DNA from: Takakia lepidozioides
Taxonomy: Eukaryota > Plantae > Bryophyta
Assembly (NCBI GenBank): GCA_030704615.1
Contig: CM060734.1
Span: 59,768,001-59,832,000 of the forward strand
Reading direction: 5' to 3'
DNA length: 64,000 bases
The position numbers and the translations under genes are program-made. How positions within the stretch are numbered: the stretch's first letter is position 1; the number at the start of each line of letters is the position of its first letter. Of this stretch, positions 1 through 12,600 are shown one piece after another. The notes under the pieces are model-generated. The model saw nothing but the letters and a program-made list of their open reading frames with translations. It had not been told where the DNA came from and did not search any database.

Positions 1-3000
1 TATATGGTACGACTTGGCAAATGTGGCAGACGTTAAAGCCGGGATCTGTTGTAGTGCTTGTGTTCATGATATGCATACTAATGGAATTCCATCCTCATAA
101 GGATGTGAAGATGCCTAAGAACAATATACGTGGGGCTGCTCATGGCTTGAACTGGCATGCAACAGTCTCATGGACTGCTGCTCTAGGGCTTGCGATTGTC
201 ATCAGATAAAATCATGGAATTGATGCATGCTTGATTGCTTTTACATGCAAGTTGGAGAGCCACTGCAACTTTGGGATGAATCATACCGTACATAATGTAT
301 ATTGGGAATGAATGAAGATTAGAAGTTATCATATTATGAATGAAAACACATACAAAAAGTATGAGTGCATATGTGCATATAGTGCCTGTACACTCATGTT
401 TACTTATGAGTGTCGTCTGCACACTGTGCTATTTGCAGTATGAATGAAGTAGTCGAAATCCAGGGTTCTGTTCTCTTTATAATTCATTGCAGCCGGAGAA
501 GCACGGAAGGGGTGATGACCCACAAACAAAGGACATCCAAGCAGCAAACGTCACAATTCTTCTGCCAATGGCAACCATGGTGTTGGCCAGTAGTGGCATC
601 AACCCTCACCAAGCCGAGATCCCCTCCATGATATTCATGTGCAGAATTCATGATTTCATGTCTCACATGAGATAGTTGTAGGAAACGTGGGGAATATATG
701 GCCAGATTCCAGAGAGAATGCAGTAGCAAACATTTGGTGGGAATGGGTCATGGATGACCACCATGCCAACAGCCAATGTCTTCAAGCAGTTTCAGGAATC
801 TGCCCTACAGATAAATCTCATCCCATTTTGGAACCCCAAATGAGTACCAAACCTACAACCAACACACATGTGACTGAAACCATCTGGCCCTACCTTGGGC
901 TGGTTTGTTACTGGGTTTGAAGGGTCCAAGCATTGGCTTGATGAAAAAGATCGTGCTTTGACCCCTTGTTGCCATTCACGTTCTGGGCAGAGGCAAGTCA
1001 CCATGCACTATCACTGTTGGTTCCAAACACCACCAACATGGCTCAAAGAGTTCAAAATGAGTTGGTATCTATAACATGGATTTATATTAGTTGGCAAGGA
1101 AATTGCTGTGATACATAAATCAGTTACCCGCGTTGGTCTGTAAGGCTTACTAGTACCTTGGTCCTTGGTGACCATGGGGCTCATCCTGGAAATACATCAG
1201 CAATGTCATCACCAAATTTTCTTGCAATGACCTCCATGGGCTTTGCTGCCAGAGAGCAGGCACCTTTGGAGGATTGTGAGAGACAGTGGATGACCATAGG
1301 TGCCTAATCAATGAGATGGAGTTTAGAGCAACACATTATGGAAATGGTGCATATGGAGACACAAATCAATTGTACATTTAATTAAGAATGGGAGCGCACA
1401 TAGTTTGTATGAACAGATCATTTGTTGTCTTTGGGGTTGTGTCTTTCTTTTGCCAATGATTCACAGGAAGCTGAAGCAAGTGGCTAATATCTTCTGGCAG
1501 CTTTTTAAAAATGTAGCCAGTTTTTTAGCTTCACATGTTTGAATCATCTTCTTTAACAGAGTTTAACAGAGTTTTTCAGCTTTGATGCACCAGGTTCATG
1601 GACCCTTGCCCTTGTGTAGGCCTCGCATATGAGGGACTCGTATTCATCAGTATCATATGTCTAGTGGTATTCCCTCCGCTTCTCTAGCATTTTGCTCTCC
1701 TTCATCGTGATAGCTACGTCTGCCAGCACTTGTAGTAGCGTGAAAACCTACACAGCCAATGCCTAGCATAAATCCTCAGCAAGGTATAAATGATGCGAAC
1801 TGTAATTGTATGCATAGCTGCAACTGAACCCAACCCTAAACCTCTGACAATGGTATGCATGTCATTTATCCTAAACCCTAAACCCCAAAACATCATGAAT
1901 GGATTACATATAATATGAAATATATCAATAATATGGAGAGTGATCATGGACCAAAGTAGTGACCTAAGTTGTTATGGAAGGAAAAAAAAACGATAGAACA
2001 TATGTACACATCCCTGGAGCAAGCTATTGAATTATGGAAAGTGATGACCGAGGTCACCTTCAATTCTTGTAATACAACATGAATCAAAAATTGCAAAGTC
2101 GGCAGCTTTATGCCTTACCAGTCTCCCCAGGTCCCGAAAATATCAGCAAAATAACAAACTCTTCACCTCAGCTCCATATGAAACCCACTCTTCACCTTAG
2201 CTCCATGTAAAAGCTTGCATGAAGTGCCCAAAACTAGCAAAACAGGCCCACTTTTGCACTTTGCTAACTACTATAGTGAGAAAAGGAGACCTGAGTCATA
2301 ATATGCAGATTTGTGAGCCTATGCATTCAATATATGTGAAAGAACCAACAAAGAACGATTGGGTTTCAAATGCTCACTGCAAAACTCACTCACCCGCAAA
2401 GTACAACATGGAGGAAGAGCAGAATGAAGATCCGGAGAAGACAAATAACAAAGTCGATCGTTTTGGAGCGATAATAAGGACCTGCACGCAAGAAACGTTT
2501 GGAGCGCAAGCATTGCAGAACACGGCGACCACATCCTCAATCGTAGCAGGACTGCCCACTGCTGCCCACAAAATTGACGTGCACAACGGGATGCGGTACG
2601 CCAATACCAACAATAGCAACGAAAGCAAGAGCTGGTACGTGTATTCTCTACCTACCCTCATCATTTTACATGCAATGGCATGCATGGGGGATGGAGGTCG
2701 ATGCCATGCATGAGGGCAGGATGGGGATGCAGGAGAGGGCACGTCTCATGTCCTGGCAGCGGGAACATGAGGGGCGGGAGGGCGTGCCGCGCGGTTTGCG
2801 GGCGATGGAGGCGGGGTGGGCGTGGGGTGGTGGGGGGTCCACGCTGGCTGAACCGGCTCCCTCGCATTCAACTCCAGGGCCCCATCTAATGCTCGGCAAA
2901 ATGATCCATATACAGAACTGTCCACGCTCAACTGTTCTCAGCTATCCATCTACTTCTGGACTACCAAATCAGCAACGGACACGCAAATTAGGTAAAACCT

Positions 3001-5546
3001 CCGGTTTTGATACGCCCAGTACATGGGCGACCAAAGAAAACACCTATTTTGACCTACTCATTACCCTTTCCCATTTTATCTGCTATGCATATTGAACTCT
3101 CCGGCCAGAAATACCTAGCCGCGCCATCTCCTTAGCCAATGCAACGCCTAGCATCCCACATGCAATCATGGGGTCTTCAGATCGCTTGCCATAACCAAAC
3201 TCTCTGACATCTTCACAAACCATTTTCACGCACAACACCAACAAACCCGTTTGTTCACACTTCTTAATGTTGACATCTATCAAGGCTGGACCCTAGATCG
3301 TATTGTCCCCCAAATTGGCTACTCCCATGTTTATGCTCAACTTCCCAATGCACATGCCTCGAACGTCTATGCTCTCACATACTATTAGAATGAAAACACG
3401 GAATAACCATTGGCCCATTTAACCATTCATGTTTTATCACTCTTTTACCATGTCTTTTACGCGCAGAAGGACTCCCCATCTCATCCTTGCATCTACCCAC
3501 ATCTACCAACACTTTCACCATCTGCTTTATGGAATTTACCTATTGCCATGACCCCACTATCCCGAAAAGCCATGTTATCTAAATGAGAGAAATCTGTTTC
3601 TCTGATTCTAGTTCTTACAAGGAGGCACGGGGATGACAATTCGAACCACTCTTTGTCATCATCGCTGAGGTGCACGGTGGTATCCACGTCGACTCTTTCC
3701 AATCGGATGTCACTCTTCCTCCAATAAATGCAAGCTAAAAAATAACCATCCACCCCTCTGACAATATCTTCCATTGTGCTCCCCGGGCTATCACCTGGTA
3801 CTACTCCTACATCCAGTAGAGCAGCCACCTCCGACATGGGGTAGTATATTCTGCTAGGTGAAGTCGTTTTTATTTACGTCGGCTTCGGCTAGACGCTTTC
3901 TACTAATGACAATTTGTTGGGGCGCTCCTTTGCAAGTGTTTCCATTAGGCATGGCAGAATCGGTTGGACATTTTATCATGCATTGCTCGATTCTTTGTAA
4001 TGTGTGGCCTCTGGTTCTAGCTCCTGTAAGTATTTGGAACATGTCAAGGACCTTACTTTGGTAAATTTCCCTTTAAGTCACAGTTACTCGCTTTAATGCG
4101 CGTGCCTAACTTCCAAACTGACGGTCGCCGAGCCAACTTGGAGCTTCAGTTGCTCACCGGGACATAACGGTCCTCCTTTGCTCCCCCATGCATCCATTGA
4201 TTACGTGGGCTAAGTGAAAATTGTGGTTATAGGTAGTTTGGAATAGCTCCTCACACTGGGTCGTTTTTCGGCTCGTTTGCTTGCTTTACTTACTTTGGTC
4301 GCTTAACGTGCTTGCACTATTCTTGGGGTCACTACTCCCTATATATACTTCTGACGTAGGTGTCGGCGAGGGTCTCACAAGCAGCCCATGTTCTTTTTGG
4401 TGCACCACCATGGTGACCCTACACTCCTTACGATGAGTCACGGTGAGCCTCGACCCACTCCCACTTCCAAATATTACCACTTGACGTGCAAAAAAATATA
4501 GGGTGTTGAAAAATTTGAGAAAATAAAATTTTAAATACATTTAGAAATACTATGGAGTACTAATATATTGGCGGCACCACATTTAAATTAAAATAGGATC
4601 CAAAATAAAGACGTATTTCAAAGAAAAATTAAATCTAATATAGGGTGGAGAGAAATTAAAGGGACACGTGTCGTTCAGTGACACGCAGCGGAGAGGGCGT
4701 AGGCGCATGTGCACAACAACCCTAGGCTTCCCTCTCTTTTGTCTGCTGCAATTCGTGGCGGCATTGTGCTAGACAAGCAGAGAGAAATGGTGGTGCGCTC
4801 AGTGGTGTAAGCATTGTGGCCCACAGGTTTTGAAGCTTGCAGAGCGTGACAGTGAAGAAGCATAGATTGAGAGGGGGAAGGATGGCAACCCCATAATTTT
4901 TTTTAAAACAATTCAGGTTAATATAGGGTGTCCAATATTTGTTACCAGCTATAAAATATAAATAATATAGCCTGCAAGAAAACATGTCACATTACAAAAT
5001 TATGTAATAATAGGGTGGCCAAAAATTTAGAAAATAAAATTAATACCCCCATAGAAAATGCATTTTTGCCACACGTGCCTAGGAAACTAGATAGGGAGTG
5101 ACCTCCCCGAGCCCCATGACCTAATTGGCCTGCGGTGTGTCGACCTAAGACTCCTCCATGACTCCTACCTATTCAACTAAGCCCACTTGGGAGTTCCCCC
5201 ACCTCTTCTAAGCCACCACTAGCACGTGACCAAGCAACTCGGGGTCCCCACCGCCTTGTGAGTGCCTCCGCTCCATTGGGTGAGTTTGCCACCCAAAGGT
5301 TGTTCAGCTCGCAGTCCTATTACTGTTGTTGTCCACACATCAGGAACAACCCCTCTTGTGGCTCGACCCCTGCCCTCAAGGCAAAGGGCCACGATACTCG
5401 GGGTCCCCAACGCCCATCGGTTGGGGAGCCCCGCCCAGTGAGTGTGTCTGCCCCAATGAATGCCTTAGCCACTTAATGGTCATTCAACCCCTACCCCACT
5501 ACTACCATTGCCCCACCACAGGGCTAGGCCCCTCATGTGTCCCGAC

Positions 5547-6341
5547 CAGTGTTGGACCGGTATCATCAACATTTCATACCAGCCAGGGTATGGTACTGTC
5601 AGTGAAGAGGCCTCCTTCATACCTGGCAGGTAATGGTATCAAAGTAGGTATTAAGCTTTTAATGTACCAGTCTGGTATGTATATTGTCTTTGTTTGGCCT
5701 GCTATGGTATGGTATCTGTATTTCAAATTTAAAATCTTATACTGGGGGTATATCAATATTGGTATCAATACAATTATTTATTTATTTATTTAAACTGAAA
5801 AATAAAAATCTGTCCAAATTATACCGCTGAGGTGAGCACTTCAGCCGCTGAAGTGATCACCTCATGGGCTGAAGCGCTCACCTCAGCGGCTGAGTGCCGC
5901 AATTCATAATAACAAGGAGCGGCATCTCACCTTAGGTAATTTGAGGTCACCTTACAAGAGCCATATTACAGGCTGATAAATGAGACAATGCTCCAAGCCT
6001 AAGCAGATTTTCGCCAAAATCGCCATTTAGATTGTCTCAATCAAAGAGCCGCAACTCTCCATGCTGCACCCTAAATCCCTAAATCCCTAACGCTCCACAT
6101 ATTGATACCTAGGGTGCAAGCGATGGCGGTAGACATAGTACTGGTATCGACAAAGCTGCGTTCTTTGCGATACCAGGCTGGTATGGTAGGAGCCCAGGTA
6201 TTAGCGTTTCACTATGTTGCCCCCAATATGTTCTGCCCGGGGTATTGCCAGTTGCTTATACCCGCCTGGTCTGGTACCCTGCCGTGATACCCTTACGTGT
6301 GCTGATACCCCGCCTCACCCCCATATACCGGTCCAACACTG
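5547..6341. mobile_element. hAT-type non-autonomous element (MITE), 795 bp
   Basis: Perfect 17-bp TIR CAGTGTTGGACCGGTAT (5547-5563) / ATACCGGTCCAACACTG (6325-6341). Flanking 8-mers GTCCCGAC (5539-5546) and GTTCCGAT (6342-6349) differ by two C>T changes, consistent with a decayed 8-bp TSD. Many subterminal GGTAT/ATACC motifs; no transposase. Confidence 0.8.
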
Positions 6342-6849
6342 GTTCCGATCCCCTGCCCTCAAGGCAAAGGCCGTGATAGAATCCAAAGCCAATGGCACCG
6401 GTCCATTCGCTATTAAACTATTGTATATTATCCAAAGTCTATCATGCCCTCAGATGTACTACGCTCTAGAATATTTGTAAAGCTCATTGCCAAGTAGTCT
6501 ATTTCAAACTCTCATTCCACGGTATCTATGCTGCTACTCTCACATTTTATGACGAACAAACTGAGGGGAAGAAGACTTGTGTGAAGTTGGTTGCAAAGAT
6601 CCAAACATCTTTGGATGATGAGTATCAACGTGATGGATGCTTCCAAATCTCATGGGAAAAGGATGGGATCTTACGCATAAGTACGTCGCTAGCCATCTGC
6701 ATTTGGTCTACTCAGGTGCTCCACGGCTGATAGGGTTTTATGGATGATTAAAGGATGAGGTCTGTTAGGGCTCAAGACATCTTTCCTTAATAGGGAGGGC
6801 TCTAGCGACAAACCAAATCCCTTGGTAAGTATTTGATACTTTAACTCGG

Positions 6850-7800
6850 GTTGGAGCCCACAAATTAATGAAATCAAGAAAACCATTCGTTTCAATCATT
6901 GACAGCATTGCCTCTGCTCAAGCTACTCGGCTTATCTCTAGCTCCACTCATACCAAGGAGTTTGCTTCTCTTGCATGCATATTTCCGCCGCACCCTACTA
7001 CTTAGCTTTATAATCCTAATTACTTCTCATGATGGGATTTTGCTTTTGGGTGCCTATTGCGGGCTTATGAGGTTTCTTCAGCCTTGACTAGTATTGTTGT
7101 CTCTCTTAGGTTTGCCCTTCCCGTGTGCAACATGTTTGCTTCATAGCTCATGGGGGTATTATCTTTTTCTCTATTAATAAAAGTTTAACGAGAGCTGTGA
7201 TTATCCCCTCTTAAGAATTAAAAGAACTCTACTGCTTTTGCACTGCTTGCTAGGATATTCTTTGACCTTACCATAGCAGCTAAGCTGGCTTGGAATAAGG
7301 TGAGTGCAGATATTACCAAACATCCCTAGCGTCAACAAATCATCCTCGGCCAATTGAGATCAACATGGGGAAGGGAGGCCTCATCTGCACCTGCTCAGGG
7401 GCTGACTCTTGTGAGTGGCCACAGCAGGTCCTTGATCCTCAGTGGCAACATCAACGCACCCTCCTCTTCTGCTTCCCCATAATTTGACAAAGCGGACATC
7501 AACTAGAAGCACGTCAAGGCTTCCACAAAGACCAAGCTCTCATACCTTAGATAGCATTTTTCCCCTTCATTGATTCCTCTTTGGTGCTATCTGGTTTATG
7601 TTCGAGTATATGTTGGAGGTGCCTAGTCCCTCTTGACTCTCAGAATCGTAGCTTCAATGGTTACTTTGGCCCTGCATAGCCTAGAAACTACCTCTAGGTT
7701 GGATTTGTTATATGTCCAGAGTATATGTCACACAAAATTTTACATTAAGGTAACACGTTTCCCTTGTTTTGCTTTGCAAAGTAGTCAATGTTCTTCGGGG
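6850..7800 (+). pseudogene. Possible degenerate 3' end of a non-LTR retrotransposon (RLE/CRE-like)
   Basis: Stop-riddled fragments such as LSLRFALPVC and HFSPF resemble the C-terminus of restriction-like-endonuclease non-LTR ORFs. Weak, by-eye similarity only. Confidence 0.2.
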
Positions 7801-9684
7801 TATCCGTCATGGCTTGCCGTGCGTTAGAGCCTTATGGCGGAAACGCGTCAGCAAGGGTTTTAATTTTTTTCCCTTCAATAATCTTCATAAAATTAAATCA
7901 CCTCTATGGTATGGGTCGGACGTATTAAATTTCAAGTTTTTATTTCTTACCTTTTGGAAGGGGATGAAGCCAGAACATTTGTATATTTCATCACTATAAA
8001 ATAGCAAATTGGGTTTTTCTGGAATATTGGCCCTTTCATTTGTCTTTTGGTATACATAGTCATAAATGTAAATATATAAAGTAAATTCAATAATCATCAA
8101 TAAAGTTCCATCCAGGGCTCTGTCCCCTGTTTTTTATTTATAAAGTAAAATATGTGCTCCAAGGCACACTGGGCCACACTAGGGTAGACATGCCTATGTG
8201 TCCCCTGTATAGGTTTTATTATTGTTAGCTACTTGCACTGAGGGGGATCTAGGCATTTTCGTTAAAGACAGAATATATGCATGAGGAGCTTGTACTGGTA
8301 AAAAATTGGATTCCAAAGAATCTTCTGTGGATCAAACTCACACCAAGAATAGCTTTCCGGACTTGTTTGCCATATCATGAAGTCCACACAAAGTTGTGGG
8401 GTTTCAAAGTCGAACGAAAAGAAAGCTTGTGTGAACCTTGGGCCCTATGACCGATCACATTTTTTGGGGGGTTCTATCAAACAACTGTTTGCCAAGTGGC
8501 AAAACTTGTGTTAGCTCATGCGGCCTGACCCAAGCATTTATGAGGTGATCGGTCATAGGTACTATAATGGTCATAGGGTGTTTTACCCTATGTTAGACCA
8601 TAAGTAGAAGGCCCCACTTTTTTCATTTTTTTCATTGAAAGGCCCCACTGAAAAAAATAAAAAATAAAAAAATAAAGTAATAAATAAGAATTGATAACAG
8701 AAAGTAATTTAAAAGCTTACTTTTACCAAAGTCACAGTGGGATGCGTGTCACGTGTGAGTCACAGGGTTGGTCGCGGGGTCCAATGCGCTCCGAAATTTC
8801 CGATCAAATTCCAGACGAACAAAATTCCACGCACGGCGCTTGGATGCAAACATGCCGCCGTCCGCTGACGGAGGCTGACACTGTTGCCGTGCCGTCGGAG
8901 GCTGATGAACGATAACTCTTCTGTCCCACTTCATACCCCGGGGCTGGGGAACAGACGGACGTCATTCGTTCCTCGGACCGGCTTCGTCCGTTCTCGGACA
9001 GGTTTCGGTTAACGGACATCCAGGAAACTTGAACAGGGCCGCAAGCACAGCGCTGCAGACTTGGCGCGCTTTTTTGCGCTCGACTGTGTTCGGCTGCTTT
9101 GCGCAGTGAGGGATTTGAGGGTGTGAGAGTTGGCGGGAGTGGAAGCGATGGAAGCAGATGGCGGGAGGGAGGGCGGGAGTTTGAGTGACTCTTGTTGTTG
9201 AGTTTTGCTTCTCTTTTTTTCTCGCCTTCTCTTTCAAGTCTTTGGAGGCGGGTTGCCTCTGTTGAGAACGCTGTGTGCATTCCGGAGAAGGAAGCAGATC
9301 TTGGTTTGTGGCTGTGTTTTTCTTTTTTTTCCATGTAAAGCATCATTTCATTTCATTTCATTTAGTGTTGGGAGTTGTCTTGAATTCGTAGCTGCAGGTA
9401 TTGTGGTGTTTGTGAGGGAGAGAGAGGCAGGGAGGTTTTTTGTTTTGAGGTAGTGGAGTCTGGTGCTCTCACGAGGACTGTGAAGGGATTCGGGCTTCAG
9501 GGGACTGTGTGTGTGCAAGAGAGAGGGGAAGGAAGTTGTTTCTTTGAGGGGAAGGTTTGTTTGTACATTGAGATGGTGCTCTCGTAGGGATTCTGAGCGT
9601 CACAAGATTCTGCGAGAGAGACACGGAGGTTTTCTTGCTGTGAATCTCGAGACGGAGGGGGATATATTGTAAGGGACAGACGGC

Positions 9685-12600
9685 ATGGCTGGGGCTGTGG
9701 CGAGAGAGGAAGGGGCCGATAGATGGAAGAAGATGGGAGGCAACGTGTTGCAATCCAAGAGCGCCAATGGGCGTGTTACACGCACCTTTGTCGCCCCGTC
9801 TGGTAAATGTTTCTGTTTCTGCAAATTTGAGCTAAAAAGGTTCTCTTCATGATCTGGAAAGAAAGCCTATGGAAGCTGGTTAGCTCCCTGATTGATGATG
9901 CTGCTGCTTCTTGATTTGTAGGCGTGGTTTGGCATTTTGTCACCACATGATGGAAGGAGGGGTAGATATGAAAAGCTAAATTAATATTTCCTCGTCACAT
10001 GCTGGAGGGGAGAGGGAGCGAGTGAATGTTTTGTACTTACGAGTCGAAGAACCTGAGTTAGACAACGATGGGCACCTGCTAATGCGCACATACATTCTGT
10101 CAAGTTGGAGCTGCTAGCCGAATTCATCAAAGAGAAAATGTTCTTGAATCTGTGCTCGGTGCAAGGGCAACTTGTGCAGCCGCCTTCATGTTTTGGGGTG
10201 CTGCCTTGCCAACTAACAACTCCAACGGCTTCTGTGTTGCGTCCAAACTAAAGAGATCCACCTACTGTAGGTTTATACACTGGGTTTTGTAAAGAAGTGT
10301 GACTCCAGTCAAACCTGTTCCACTACCCCACGCTGAGAACGGCGATGAGCCAGTTGCAGGCCTTCTACATCTCTGGTCTACTTGTCCTCTCTCCTGAGGC
10401 ACACCGTCTCTAGCGACGTCTGGGGGTTTCTTGATACACTCTCTTGGTTCTCTTGTAGTCGTGCTGTGTTCCAGAGGCTCTGCGGGGCCCATATACTCTT
10501 CTCTCTATGCTTCCTTCGTGTTGATTTTAAACACTGGCAGCATTCCTGACAGAGATACTGCTGCTTTTTTATCCACCACTGTCATCCTCACCAAGCAGGA
10601 TGAGGAGGGAATCTCCATGTGCAATTGGACAGGTGCCACAGACATGGTGACAGCTCACACCACACAGACACCTTAGAGACAACCCTGTCATCATGCCTGC
10701 CTCTCCTCAAAATATCCATGTTCCTCGAGAGGGCCCTGGGAAACTGCCTTTTGGGTTGGCACATTCTACGGATTTTGTGTAAAGAATATCCCATGAGGCT
10801 GTTTGTCCAATATGTACCACCCTAGAAGTGGAGACAGCATTGAAAGGTCAAAGGTAGATAGACACGAAGTGCATGGCAGCCTACCTACATGAGACACTGT
10901 CTCTGTGCCACCATTGGGGTTTGTACCTTCTGGTGGAATCTTTTCTGCTACCCATGGCCCCCCTGGGCTTCCTGGGGAGGTACTATATTTCTTTCTTGGA
11001 TTCTCCCTCTCTGCCTTGTATTCATCTCTGTTGTCTCTATTTTGTTACAGTGATTATCCTGCCTAGTACACTTAGCACTACCTACTAAGCATTGATGAAC
11101 TCATCATAGAAATTCTAGAATTGGGTTTAGTTCCATAGAGTTCTTCACCAGGACCTGGAATTCAATGTGCATCCAAATATGGGAAATTCATGCAGCCACT
11201 TTATTGTGGACTGGATTCATACCTTGCAGCTGAATTTAGTTCTTTTGCCTCTGTAGGGGACAAGTTTCGGAGCTGGAAGGAGTGCATGAGATACATGGAT
11301 ACTGTATTACTCAAAGCTGCAGGCAGTCTGATACTTGACAGCAATAACAAACAGTCCCTAGATAGTGGTGGAGGAGACCTTTCTGAGAGGTCATTTGGAA
11401 ATGGAAAAGATAGAGGAGACAGTCCCCAGCCTGCCAAAATACAACGGGCATCTGGGGAAAGCAAACCGAATGGTGTAGATCATACCAAACACTCACAACA
11501 AAGTTCTTCTGAAAATGAACGGAAGCGGTCGCGAGAGTTTAGCAGAGACGAAGGGCTGGCTGAAACCAAGAAGGGCAAGACATCAGACAGCGATGGTGAT
11601 GAGCTAGAGGTGGACGGTCAGGCCACCCCACCAATGAGGATCAGGCCCAGACGAGCAGCTGCAGGTACCAATTTCAAAGAAAAGACTTACGTTATTGAGG
11701 ATGCCTATGTTCAACAAAAAGTAGAAAAAATGTCTATGCTTGAACAAGAGGCTTTGGTCATAACAGCTGGAGGGAATGAGGAAGACAGGAGGCTGCTTGA
11801 TTTTGTGGTGCATGATGAGGATGGCGCGCCCCAGCCACTAGAAGTTGTGGGCAGCGTGGATCTTTACGTCACAGGCCTTGTGTTGCCCAAAAATGGTATC
11901 ATCGACAAGGAGCGAGGCGTTCGCTGTGAGGCATTTGGACCATTGATTTCATGGTCAATTGAGGGTTATGACAAAGGGACCCCTATGTTGTCCCTAGCAA
12001 CTGGGATGTCAGACTATCTTTGCATCAAGCCTGCAGGAACATACAAGAGATTCTACACCATGCTGTACGAAAAGGCAGTTGTCTGCGTAGAGGTGTATCG
12101 GGCGCTGAATCCCTCTATGAAGGGAGATCCCAACCTGGGTCTCAATGATCTTCATGCACGTGTGTCACGGGCTCTGATCAGTGGAAGACATCCCTCTCTT
12201 GGCCAATTTTTCACTCGTGACTACTTTGTGACACAAGGAGAATTTATTACCAATCAACTGAAAGAGCTCGATGGGGATGCCAGTGATGATGATCAGCTGT
12301 TCAGTGGCTTGCCGGCCTTGGAAGCCCTTGAGGAGGAGTGCACAAAGCGCATCAGCCCATCTTGTCTTGTGCCTCAGAGGAATGGAACTTTGTCCATTCA
12401 AGAGCCAAAGAGCGGGGTTGCAAATGGTGGAACTGAACCTGAGGAAGAGGAGCCAGATACCATGGATGGGGATGAGAAGTTGGCACGGCACTTGCAAGAG
12501 TATGAGGATCGAACGACCATGAACAGGCAAGAATCAATCCCTACACATTTACAGCAGCAGTCTGCTACTTTTTTCATTTGCATTAGGGGAATAACCTGCC

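Noticed and set aside
1828-1890. Telomere-like CCCTAAA motifs (also near 32986)
   Set aside because: Only two or three imperfect units; not an interstitial telomeric array.
1-4540. Short ORFs, possibly decayed retroelement gag/protease
   Set aside because: No motif I can support; left unannotated.
11190-11256. MET1 start at ORF-track ATG 11190
   Set aside because: This stretch ends in a pyrimidine tract and TAG acceptor at 11256; the upstream exon 9685-9802 joins in frame and completes a recognisable motif.
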